Source of the DNA: Octopus sinensis
Lineage: Eukaryota
Length of the DNA: 64,000 nt
Direction: 5' to 3'
Assembly (NCBI RefSeq): GCF_006345805.1
Contig: NC_042998.1
Span: 75,144,001 to 75,208,000, forward strand
The translations under genes were made by a program, and so were the position numbers. A model generated the notes under the pieces. The model made no database searches and was not told the origin of the DNA. It saw only the letters and a list, made by a program, of their open reading frames with translations. Below, piece by piece: positions 11,761 to 23,270 of this stretch (positions are counted from its first letter, which is position 1; every line of letters begins with the position of its first letter).

Positions 11761-12199
11761 CTTCATGGGTCGAAGATCCATTTAATTATATAATTTCTCA
11801 TCAAAAATCTGTAATTTCCATCACAAAGATTGAAAGGTGTATTAGAGAACACCAATGATCATCTAACTGTATAAAGTGCATAGTTAAAGATGTAAGATTT
11901 TCTAGATAGTTGATATTAGTTGCCAGTAATATCAACTATATCATTTTGGTTTTATATAATGTGTGTGATCAGTGTCTTCAGCTATTCGGCTTCATTTGAT
12001 CACCTGATTTTTTACTTGTCGCTACAATATAGCATCCTCCACACTTTGAAATGTACACAGGTCGCAACAATAATCCTAAAGATTTTTTATGTTGGTATTA
12101 GGCCAATGATTTGTTTTCTAGATAGTATTGATTTTATCAAATTTTTGTTATCAGAAATACGGTAATAAATAAAAAATATTCAAAACTAAATTAACAAAA

Positions 12200-13500
12200 T
12201 AGAATAATCGCTCCATACTGAGTGATAGAGAAATGTTAACAACTGATTTTATAAAGAATATAAACAAAAGACAACAGTGAGATATGGAAATAAAAAAAGA
12301 GCAAATAATCTAAGCCACGGCATGGTAAATGTGATGGCTTAAGAAATAGAATCTGTTTCACAAACAATAGCAAGTATTAGAAATAAATCGACATCAACGT
12401 TAAAGTTATATTAACAGTGAAAGAAACCCAGACATTCCGAGAGAGCGTATGGAGCCAAAACTTTATGATAATAAAGAAGTAAAATGTTCAGTAAAGTAGA
12501 TTGGAAAAACAATACCATTACACGCATGGCTCAGTATAACGAGCGAAGAATTGACCAACGCAATAGAGATGGTTGGAAAGTTCCCAAAATCAATATAATT
12601 CAATTTCTGGTTAAGCTCTTAGCAACACCCTTAAATGGAATACTAAAGAGTTCAGAATTAAGAGCCGGCTATTTAATAGAGTAGAAAACAATATTCATTC
12701 CACGAACGAAATACACCAGATGAGCAGAAAGGCTGTTAGAAGGAAGAGCTGGAGTGGATATTATGACAGCTATTGGTTAACCATGCAGTTATTGAAGTCA
12801 ACGGTTAATAAATAAACAAGCGTAGGATGGATTTCTCAATGACGTATCTTCAACAATGCATCGTACATTTGCATATTTCAAACACTTACTATAAATAATG
12901 TACAACTGATATGAAGATAGTATAAGAATGACATCATGTCAACATGGGAAATATCAATAATATATCACCAGAAATATAATATAAATTTTACCTCTCTATT
13001 AAGAGGAATATTGAAAGGAGACCACTCATAGTCTATTCAACTATGTACGCTGAATCTAATCACATAAAGATAGAAATGCTAAGGAAACATTGTAAAACAT
13101 ATGACTGTAGATTTATTTAAAAATATGATAACAAACAGGAGCATCTATGAACATTGCTGAACGATTCAGAAGGGACGTGACTGAAAGTCAAAATTCCATT
13201 ATCTATATTAGTATTAATCCATAGCTTCGATATAAGAAAACCCAGAACGACTAGGTCTAAACTAATATGACTGTAGCCATAGATAGAATATACGCATCAC
13301 GCACTCAAGGAAAATGAGATCGGAATAAAACAGAGAGTAATACATCGGTTTAAAGACATTATGAAAAAGTGAGGAAAGATAATATTAATTATTACGAGAA
13401 ACATCAAATGACAAAAAGAAATGTTTATATTATATTAAAACAAATGAAGACAAAATAAAAGTTAATTGCATAACGAAAAGGTCCCAATTAAGAAAGAAGC
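12200..13500 (+). mobile_element. Highly decayed Dong/R4-clade non-LTR retrotransposon RT region
   Basis: Broken frames give WKVPKINIIQF, KRGILKGDHS and NKQEHL, colinear with the better copy at 59805-61861 (RRGIFQGDTLSP, NDKQLE). Confidence 0.5.
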
Positions 13501-13588
13501 ATACATATATGTGGAAAACATATTGAACACTACTTGATCAATGTCCTTATCTATAGTGAGAAGTGGTCAGGCGTGAATTGAAGCTATA

Positions 13589-13810
13589 CTCTCTCTTTCT
13601 TTACTCTTTTTTACTTGTTTCAGTCATTTGACTGCAGCCATGCTGGAGCACCACCTTTAGTCGAACAAATCGACCCCGGAACTTATTCTTTGTAAGCCCA
13701 GTACTTATTCTATCGGTCTCTTTTGCTGAACCGCTAAGTGACGGGGACGTAAACACACCAGCATCGGTTGTCAAGCAATACTAGAGGGACAAACACAGAC
13801 ATACAAACAT

Positions 13811-13870
<60 letters not shown>

Positions 13871-14033
13871 GACAGGCTTCTTTCAGTTTCCGTCTACCAA
13901 ATCCACTCACAAGGCATTGGTCAGCCCGAGGCTATAGCAGAAGACACTTGCCCAAGATGCCACGCAGTGGGACTGAACCCGGAACCATGTGGTTGGTAAG
14001 CAAGCTACTTACCACACAGCCACTCCCGCGCCT
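13589..14033 (-). mobile_element. Full-length tRNA-derived SINE with internal (CA)/(TA) microsatellite
   Basis: Head has A box TGGCTGTGTGG and B box GGTTCAGTCCC; 3' end GGTGCTCCAGCATGGC.GCAGTCAAATGACTGAAAC plus A-rich tail; near-identical copies at 45066 and 51500. Confidence 0.9.
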
Positions 14034-14850
14034 ATGTAAGCAAATTCTTTAAAAAGAACTGAAATATTGGCAAAGCCGAAAGTTTCAGTATTGGCAAGAA
14101 CATTCTATTATCATTAAAACAAAATGTACAATATTGAACAAGAAATATTCCTCACTGACAGGGTGGCGATTAACAACAAAACAGTTTGATCCCTACATGT
14201 TCAGTATTCCAAATTTTGCAACTATATCATTTACAAGTATCATCGGTAGTTAAGTTATACTCATTAGACAATATATTGGCAGTTTTAAATAAAAATAGAA
14301 GATTCGGTATAAGATGCAAAATATATTTGTTTCATAAAAATCATACATAGATTTCCGTTCAGATTTATCAAAGATTTCCGTTCAGATTTATCAAAGTTTC
14401 CAAATAACAATGAAAGACGAAGAGAAAATATTATGCACTATAATAGACATTAGAGAGAAAAATACTCGCACAGAAATTGAAAAATCCATCAAAAGAACTA
14501 GTTGAAAAGGAAATAAGTTGTTTGTTTGAGATATGATATAGTGATTAGTGCACCGTATGTGATAGTAGGATCAATATAGACAATCGAAGAATTTCAAACG
14601 TCATGAAAACAGTTGTATTACAACCCTATTTTCAGTGTTTCTCTCCATTATTCGGTTATCACAGTGTTATGCAGCTTAACCACGTCTGTGATGAGCAACA
14701 CTGAGCCAAGTTAATTGCTCCCCAGCAGATATTCGAGGAAGGGAGATTTTCTCCTCCTATATTACATGAACTGAAAATTTCCTACATTACTGGAGTCTAA
14801 TTTATGAATACCATATTAACCCCAGTATGCCTCCGAATTTGGTTATGTCA

Positions 14851-15000
14851 CATTATTTACATTATTTACAATTGACGGATATTTGTCCCCATCTTGTTTG
14901 TTGTTAACATAACGTTTCGGCTGATATACCCTCCAGCCTTCATCAGGTGTCTTGGGGAAATTTCGAACCTGGGTTCTCATTCCTAAAGTATTTTCGATGT
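14851..15000 (-). mobile_element. Short Penelope-type repeat with hammerhead (14906-14951) next to (ATT)n
   Basis: Reverse complement GACAC-CUGAUGA-A-GGCUG...CAGCC-GAAAC-GUU-AUGUU; same family at 51331 and 51967. Confidence 0.75.
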
Positions 15001-15011
15001 TGTTGTTGTGG

Positions 15012-15083
<72 letters not shown>

Positions 15084-16941
15084 TATGTTTGACTTTTGCT
15101 TTACATTTGTACAAGTTGTCTCCAAGTCTCGCCCAGAGACCTCAAGAGACAACAAGTTGGAAGCATTGTGTCTGTAATTGTAACCGTAATTTAATGATCA
15201 GGTCTTTTCACTTTGTATCATGCTCTTTACGGCCAGGATTTATGCTAAGAATACAAGTACTTGTGCTCAGATTTTTAAAGTCTTATTAAAAGCTCATGTT
15301 ATTCGCTGGGGCGAACAACTTAAAAGTCATCGTCGAAACAGACTAAGAACCATAACCTAGCAGTTAGCTATGTCTATTATATATCAACAGTACGACTATA
15401 TCGCTTCGTCCAAATTTCTAAACATGTGCCAATATTATAAATCGATATCATAAAGTTGCTTGAGGAACCAAACATTTTTGAAAGTCCATAGTAATTCTCA
15501 ACAACTGCATATCTGAAATTAAGTCGTCGGTTATTAATAGTTGTTTAAATAATAATTGACAAGAGAAGTTTCATTAATGTCAGCAAATCTGTGTTGAGAA
15601 TGATTGCTGTTGGTTGCTAAGATAAGTGAAATTAAATTTAATACTGATGTACTTTGTGGCCAATCTAGTCTGGCAACTTTCGTGGGATTCACAGGTTGGA
15701 GCTATACCAATACATTTAATAGCGTTAAATTTGATTTCACTCCTCACTGTTGTCTAATATAATATATCGTAGTTCCCATTCACTCATCTGATGCTGCATG
15801 AATGAAGAGATAAATGTATATGCTTTCATGTGCATATCAACAAGTATACTCAAACACACACATACACACACTCACACGCACAAACAAATACACACACAAA
15901 TGTTTATATATATATATATATATTATATATATACATATATGTATGTATGTATGTATTTACGGTATGTATGTTTGTGTGAGTATATGGGGAGAGAGATCTA
16001 TGTGAGCGTATGTGTATGTATATAAGTATTTATGTGCGCAATGGTCTAAACGATGAATAAGTACTCGATACAAAAGTCGAGTTTATTAGAATCTGGAAAC
16101 TTCTTGGATTGTTGTTGTAAGTCTAACGCTAATGATTATTCAAATGGTTGTTGCAGCAGGGAATCAGTGTAACAAAAGCACAAATATTTATGTTATAGAA
16201 ATTTAACTGGTCACTAAATCTGTACAAATATTTACGCTTCCGTCCATTCAATTTTCAAACATTTAAACATAAAATATTCTTTTATTCTCTTTTTTATTTT
16301 TAATATTCTGAAACCCAACTAGATACGATAACACACGCGAAGGTAAAGAAATTTTAATGTCGATAACTAACTTTAATAGTTTCGTTTTTCTTTCTAAATA
16401 ACTTTTCGGAGAGGGAAATGTCAACAAGATTTTATCGAAGTCTATAATAGGATATTCTCAGAACGTCCACGAACATAAAGTTTTGTGCAATGGGAATCCA
16501 CGCTGTATCAGGCATCAGTTGGATTTAAAACAGTAACTAGTTGCCTTATCTGGATAGGAGTGTTAAAAAGCCCTTTATAGTGACAGACTGTGTTAAGGGA
16601 TATTTAATAAAACCTATATACTTCTTAGGTTCCTTACATTCTTGTTCCATGGAGGAAACTAATATTCTACAAAGAGATATATGCTTGAGAGGAATGATTT
16701 ATGGGTAAAGAAATTACACCGAGGATAATAGTATTTTGTTTTCGCATTTGAGAGTTTTCTTCCGTTTGTACTCGAAACAGAAACAGCAAAGATTTTTGCG
16801 TAAATGTAATCCACTTTAAAGCTATATTTATTGACAATCTTATATTATCAAATATATGGGGAAATGTTCAATTTTAAAAATACTGTCAACATTAGAGCGA
16901 AAATTAAAACTGCAGAAGACAGATTTACATTTCTTGTAGAT

Positions 16942-17007
<66 letters not shown>

Positions 17008-17496
17008 ATATATATCTATATATATATATATATATACGTACATAATGAGAGAGAGAGAGAGAAAGGGAGAGAGAGAGAGAGAGAGAGAGAGAAGAGAGAA
17101 AGACAGACAGACAGACAATATACAGAAAATTGTATTCATCATAATTGTCAATATGAAATATGTTAGTGACGTTCAAACAACTCTGCAGTAATAAAGACCA
17201 AACAGAAATAGAAGGCAAATAAATTCTGTGCAAATTTATTATGTATTTAGCGAAAATTCGCAAGGTTGTGTATTATATTTATTTCTATCAAGTTCAACTG
17301 ATCCTATGTGTATTCTATATTGTCCCACCAAGTTGTCTTTTAATGTCATCTGAGTAATCATCTAGCTTGAGTAACTTTGAATAAACGTGTTAGAAGAAGG
17401 CTTCAATAATCATGGAGTCAGTCTCTCGAAGAGCGGAAGCATAAATGTTAGACAGACAGATAGATAGACAGACAGGCAGATAGATAATTAGATAGA

Positions 17497-17551
<55 letters not shown>

Positions 17552-17789
17552 CTTGTTATTCTACAAGGCGGTATCCAAAAGTAACCAGAAAAGTTTTCTG
17601 GGGGACAAACCCGTGTAGATCAGGCTTCCGCTGCTAGAAGCCACTTTATGCGACCCTCAGGCATCAGTCTGCCTACTGGTGTCGTTCCTTAGATCAGTAC
17701 TGCTACGTGGTGCGTCTTTGTTTTGCTGATGCTGGTAGAAATTTTTCTCGTCTGAGAAAAAAAACAAATCAGTTTTTCTCTTGTCCTTG

Positions 17790-18310
17790 ATGGCTTGGGA
17801 TAAAAAAAATTAGCTCTTTCACATCTCGTATGAGGAATACCGAATGTTTTCATGCACTACCTGCCTGATAAGAAACTCAGACACATCTACGTCCCTGCCG
17901 ATGGTCCTGATTGACTTGGAGGGATCGGTGTCAAATATGGCCTGAATCTCACCAAAAGAATACAGGAATTTTCTTCTTATTAGAACGATCAGAGTGAGTT
18001 TTCCGAGCTGCCGCACCTTCGTAATAATCATTAGTCTCATACAACTCTTTCCAAAACCTCTGCACTGTCCTCAGATTGACACATAAACTCTCTGAAATGT
18101 TTATATTGGAGCTTTCGGCGCGAATACGAAGTACAACATGTCATTTCCAAATTTCTGGCAGATTAAATTGCGTCATGGTGCTTTATTTTTTCAAAGACGG
18201 TGCCCGACTAACCATACTATAAAGTGTAGGCGAAAAAATGAAGAGCAAACAATACGCATGCGCGAAATTAAAGGTATCAAATGGTATCAATTTACCTATC
18301 GATATATACG
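17790..18310 (-). mobile_element. Tc1/mariner-superfamily transposon 5' part with transposase N-terminal HTH pseudogene (ATG at 18176)
   Basis: MTQFNLPEIWK*HVVLRIRAESSNINISESLCVNLRTVQRFWKEL... then GEIQAIFDTDPSKSIRTIGRDVDVSEFLIRQVVHENIRYSSYEM, a typical paired-like HTH region with a stop and a frameshift. Confidence 0.75.
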
Positions 18311-18312
18311 TA

Positions 18313-18348
<36 letters not shown>

Positions 18349-18721
18349 TGTATGTATGTATGTATGTATGTATGTAGGTAGGTAGGTATGCATGCACGTA
18401 TGTATACATTCTGTGAGTGTTTGTTTTAAAAACATCACTATGAAATTAAAGTTCACAAATCTAACGGGTAGAAATGAGTGGGTATGTTGGTGCTATGGGT
18501 AGTGCATTTATCGCGATTAATAGAGTTGTGGGTTTTTGCCCCATGCGTACGGAAAACCCACTTTTTTTCTGTTAAGGGCTTATATGCCCCAATACTAAAC
18601 TATTTTCTTTAGTCAATACACAGTGGTCGCTTATAAGCTTTAAACTTATAAAAATATTATTTATATTCACAGAATCATTACTAGTCACCGCTTCTCAATT
18701 TATCGCATATATTTATACAAA

Positions 18722-18754
<33 letters not shown>

Positions 18755-18758
18755 GCAT

Positions 18759-18803
<45 letters not shown>

Positions 18804-19121
18804 GACACGCACGCAGCTTCTATTTTATGCAAAAAAATTTCAATATTGCAAATCCATCACTCAGGGTGATATGGAATTATAACCCAAGTTTGCCATGCTA
18901 TAGATGTGTGGAAACAGTAGTGTGGTAGTCTTTCATGGTTTGTGAACTGATCCTCAAAGAACATTAATAGGCTTCCGTCTCCAAACAATTGCATAGTTCA
19001 GGTGATATTTACTACAATGCTAGTACCGTGGTAGATCCATTAATTTGGATAATTGTACGGTTGACGGCTCGTCATTAATAAAGCAAAACTTATTTTCTGC
19101 ACAGCTCATCGTAAATAGCAA

Positions 19122-19178
<57 letters not shown>

Positions 19179-19194
19179 CTCTCTCCCTTTATAT

Positions 19195-19248
<54 letters not shown>

Positions 19249-19249
<1 letters not shown>

Positions 19250-20155
19250 TAGATATGTTTCGACCAACGATTGGTCCAGGCCATGTCTAACTTAATAGCA
19301 CCACCTGATAGGATTATCTAAATCCTGTTTAAGACAAGTTTTTTTTATGGTCCATTCAAGTAGTGAGTTCTTGTTGAGTGAGTTGTATTCAGATATGGGT
19401 AACTTATCCGGTATTCCTTGAAGAAATCTGTCAAGACTCCTTTTAAAGTTGATGGGATCCTTTTTCTTATTGATCTCTTTCGGGACAATGTTAAACAGGG
19501 CAGGGCCTGTTGACGAAAAGAAATTATGTTGAAGTGTACCTATATACTGTGATTCTGAATTGGGCAGGGGACGTATGGACGGTGGTCCCAGCCTTGGATG
19601 AACCTTGAAACTAATCTTCAGGTCGTTTGGGCAAAGCTGGCGGTATATTATCCACATCGTACAAATGATGTACCGCTCGCGGCGGCGCTGGAGAAAGTAG
19701 AGTTTCAAGGCTTTAAGGCGGTCCCAATAATCGAGAGCAGTCATGCCTTCAATTCGGTTAGTGAGTGCCCTCTCGGGTGATTCAATCTTCGAAATGTTTT
19801 GTTTTGTATGGGGAGACCACATTGGGCAGTAGTATTTGAGGTGTGGCCGTACAAAGGAGAAAAGTGGTATGATGACACCTTGTTCTCTGGACCGGAACAT
19901 TCTTAAGATCCAGGAGCTCATCCTATTGTTGATGTGGGCACTCCAACTGAGATTGCAATCAACAATTATGCCCAGGTCTCTGATATTGTTAGAGGCTGTG
20001 AGCGGTTCCCCTGAAGAAAGAGAGTATGGCTGTTTTAGTGTGGACTTCCTTCCAAAATGACTCAGCTCAAATTTTCCCTCGTTCGGTTGCATTTTGTTTT
20101 TGTCTGCCCATTGACTCACAGCATATGGATCAGACTGGAGTGTTACTCTCTCGAT
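19249..20155 (-). mobile_element. CR1/L2-group LINE, 5'-truncated (RT C-terminus plus short 3' UTR)
   Basis: ORF 19292-20119 has RDLGIIVDCNLSWSAHI, VRPHLKYYCPMWSPH and DYWDRLKALKLYFLQRRRERY; it ends in (TA)n. Confidence 0.9.
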
Positions 20156-22069
20156 TCATAATTACTGGGTTGAAAATTTTGATAGAAACTTTGTTCTAAT
20201 TTCCTATACAAATGAGAAGATGCAAAAATAAATCATCTGTAAAAAGACAATGAAGAGATATACTTAGCACTTCATACAATCATCAGGAAGACTATTGACG
20301 AGACACCATGACATTGTAACAATGAACTGTATTTGTTCACTCAATACACAGAGAACGTAACATATGACGAAGATATTTTACTCATATAATTTACATTTGA
20401 AATAAAATAAGAGGGAATGGATTCATAAAATAAATTTGATTTAACATATGCTATGAGGTATTTTGGCTCCTTGGTGTACGTTAGAGTAAGACTAATCTAA
20501 ATAATACTTTCAAACAGTAAGTATTGATTAATCTTTAATAAGTTTTCTCAAACTTTTATAATCTTCGTCAGTATTCTTTTTTATATATATATGTATATAT
20601 TTAGTGTATCTTCCACTCAAAATTTCTATGCATTAAATCTCATGCAGAAATATATTGCAATAAAGTTTTAAGCGTAATAAGCTTGCAGCAACACATTTAT
20701 TATCGCGAAATTAATGATCTTTTTGTTATTATATCACGTATGTAAACTGCAATCAACACGGTAATAACAATATAAATATTAAGACTTAATTTCGTTTGTT
20801 TACAGTTTGTTTTTCTGACTTCAACAAATATAATTTTATTCTTCTTTTCTAATAATGTAATAAATAGTTGAGAATGATGATTCATCAATATATTAGATAT
20901 TCATATGATTTAGAACAACTTTGTGACATTTTAAACAGTAAATATCTGCATTTTATTAGCGCATATCTCAGGAGATAGCAATGGTACAATTTTATGTTCT
21001 TCACAATTACTGTTGAAGCGCTTCAGTTATTTCTTAAAATATGTGAAAAAGAATTCCCCGAAGAAAGTGAATCCAGATCATACTTTCATATTTCCATTTA
21101 TGAAAGAAGAATTGCAGTTGAAATTAGTAAAGGAAGAAGTGGCGCAGATTTTGGAAACGAGTTTGAAAAGAAGATATATCCTGGGAAAGTGAGACGAGCG
21201 GAAAATTGCCCATTGTGTCAAGTCAAACAACAGAATGCAGAGTTTTTTTTTCTTTTGAGTATGAAATTGAAAATAACTTTCTGTTGCTCGATATCTCAGA
21301 AATATTTGCATAGTGAGAAAATTAATATTCAGCATATTCGAATATGATTTCCATGTTCCGATGTATTGTTGTCATAATTGAGATTGGAGGTGGAAAAAGA
21401 ACCTTAATATTCCTTACTGTGAAAGGCATTCAGTTTCCAAAACCTACACAGTTTTACTGTTTGTTAAACCGTCACATATTTCATATGATCCAAAATACGA
21501 AAGGTAAAAATATTTCTAAATTATTTCACCTTCCTTACCCTCGTACAGCACTCCCATAGTGTCATTCTTGCATTTACTATTCCCACATTCTAATTAGTTT
21601 TCTTTCTCTACATATCATACCCAAATACTTTCAATATTTGCACATATATATTTCAGGAAGAAACTAGAAAATGAGTTATTATAACGATGAAGTGTCAATA
21701 TTTATGTAAACGATCACTATACATAACATCTCAAAGCTTCTTTAATCACATCTTCGAAATAATAGTTAGGAAAACATTCTTCACCAATGTTACTAAGATG
21801 GTAACAACGCACAGACAAATAACGGAATTCAAGTTGAGAAGGTTAACAACAGAAGAATTGTTTCTATATATGATTTTGTCTCAATATGAAGCTCATTACT
21901 CAACCGAAAGCAATCCAACGATTCTACTCTAAGATTGTCATTAGACAGCAACAGAATACTCAGTGGGGTAACCCTGAAACGTTTTTTGCAAGAGATAGGG
22001 AAGAGAGTGTAATATTATTCATTTACACCCAGGCGTAATTGAAAGGGCTCTACGCTAGACTTTGGTAAT

Positions 22070-22700
22070 TGGTTGGTTGGTTGGTTGTTGGTTGGCATCC
22101 TTTTTGTCTCGGGAGACAATGGAGTTGCGCATAAAGTAGTCTAGTCCGGCTTTTACATTTCATGTCCTGATACATTTCCTGCTGTGGCTGTGTAGTCCTA
22201 TCCTGGACAAACACTCCCTCTGGCAGGTACTGCAAATGTAGCGAAGACTGTTCCTGGCTGGTTGTAATGCCATAGTTTCTTGTTGACGTCTTTTCTTGTC
22301 TTTCCATTTCTCCTCTCTCTCTCTGTCACTCCTTTGTATTCCCTCTTTTACGGTACGTCGCCATTCTCCACGGTTGCCGGCAACTGCCTCCCAACCGCTA
22401 ATATGGATGTTGCAGGCCTTCATGTCCCTTTTGCAAACATCCTTGTAACGTAAGAGCGGTCTACCCACAGACCTAGTACCCCTAGCAAGCTCTCCGTAGA
22501 GTATGTCCTTGGGGATTCTGCCATCTTTCATACGGCTAACATGCTCAAGCCATCTCATACGTATTTGTGTGAGGAGTGCAAACATGCTTGGTATTCCTGC
22601 TTGCCTGAGGACATCTTTGTTGGGGATATGGTTCTGCCATTTGATGCGGAGGATTTTCCGGAGGCAGCGCAGATGAAAGATGTTTAGGCGACGCTCTTGG
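22070..22700 (-). mobile_element. RTE-clade LINE, 5'-truncated, with 10-bp target-site duplication
   Basis: RMRWLEHVSRMKDGRIPKDILYGEL...GRPLLRYKD...CSTCQRECLSRIGLHSH; (CAAC)n tail; CTTTGGTAAT at both 22060-22069 and 22701-22710. Confidence 0.93.
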
Positions 22701-23134
22701 CTTTGGTAATAGAATTGGGCATATTGTATAGAGGCTTAATTTTCATTCCCTAACTCCCAAATTAGAGGTAATATTCAGTGAACACTGATATTTGAAAGAC
22801 TTCAGCGCATAAATTACATCCAGTAAAAAAATGTAAGGGACATCAACCTCTATATTAGGGGATCTCCGTCCCACAGTTCGTCACAACATCTATGAGAGGG
22901 AGAAAGAGAAACGGAGGAATCAAAATATAATTCACAATGTAGTTTAAGTAGAAGGGGAGGAGAAACAGTTGTTGAGAAAAAAATACTGAGAGAGAGTGTG
23001 AGTGTGAACGTGTGTGTGTGTGTGCACGAAAGATAACCACCTAGGTAGACAGACAGATAGATAGATAGGTAGATAGATAGTGTTGTCACCATAACAAATA
23101 ACAAGGTTTGATTTAAAAGGTAGGAATTCTAAGT

Positions 23135-23270
23135 GGAAGTCTTATATATTATCAACCCCTGAGAGGATGAAAGACAAAGTTTACCTCGTTGGAATTTGAA
23201 CTCAGAACTCAGAACGACTCAAATGCTACTAAGCATTTTTCCCGGCATTTTAACGATTGTGCCAGAACGC
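23135..23270 (-). mobile_element. SINE 5' fragment, same family as 34225-34400
   Basis: Shared GGATGAAAG.CAAAGT..ACCT.G..GGAATTTGAACTCAGAA motif (reverse B box). Confidence 0.6.

Noticed and set aside
14688-14705. TGATGA…CTGA C/D-box-like pair
   Set aside because: Boxes are only ~6 nt apart; far too short for a snoRNA.
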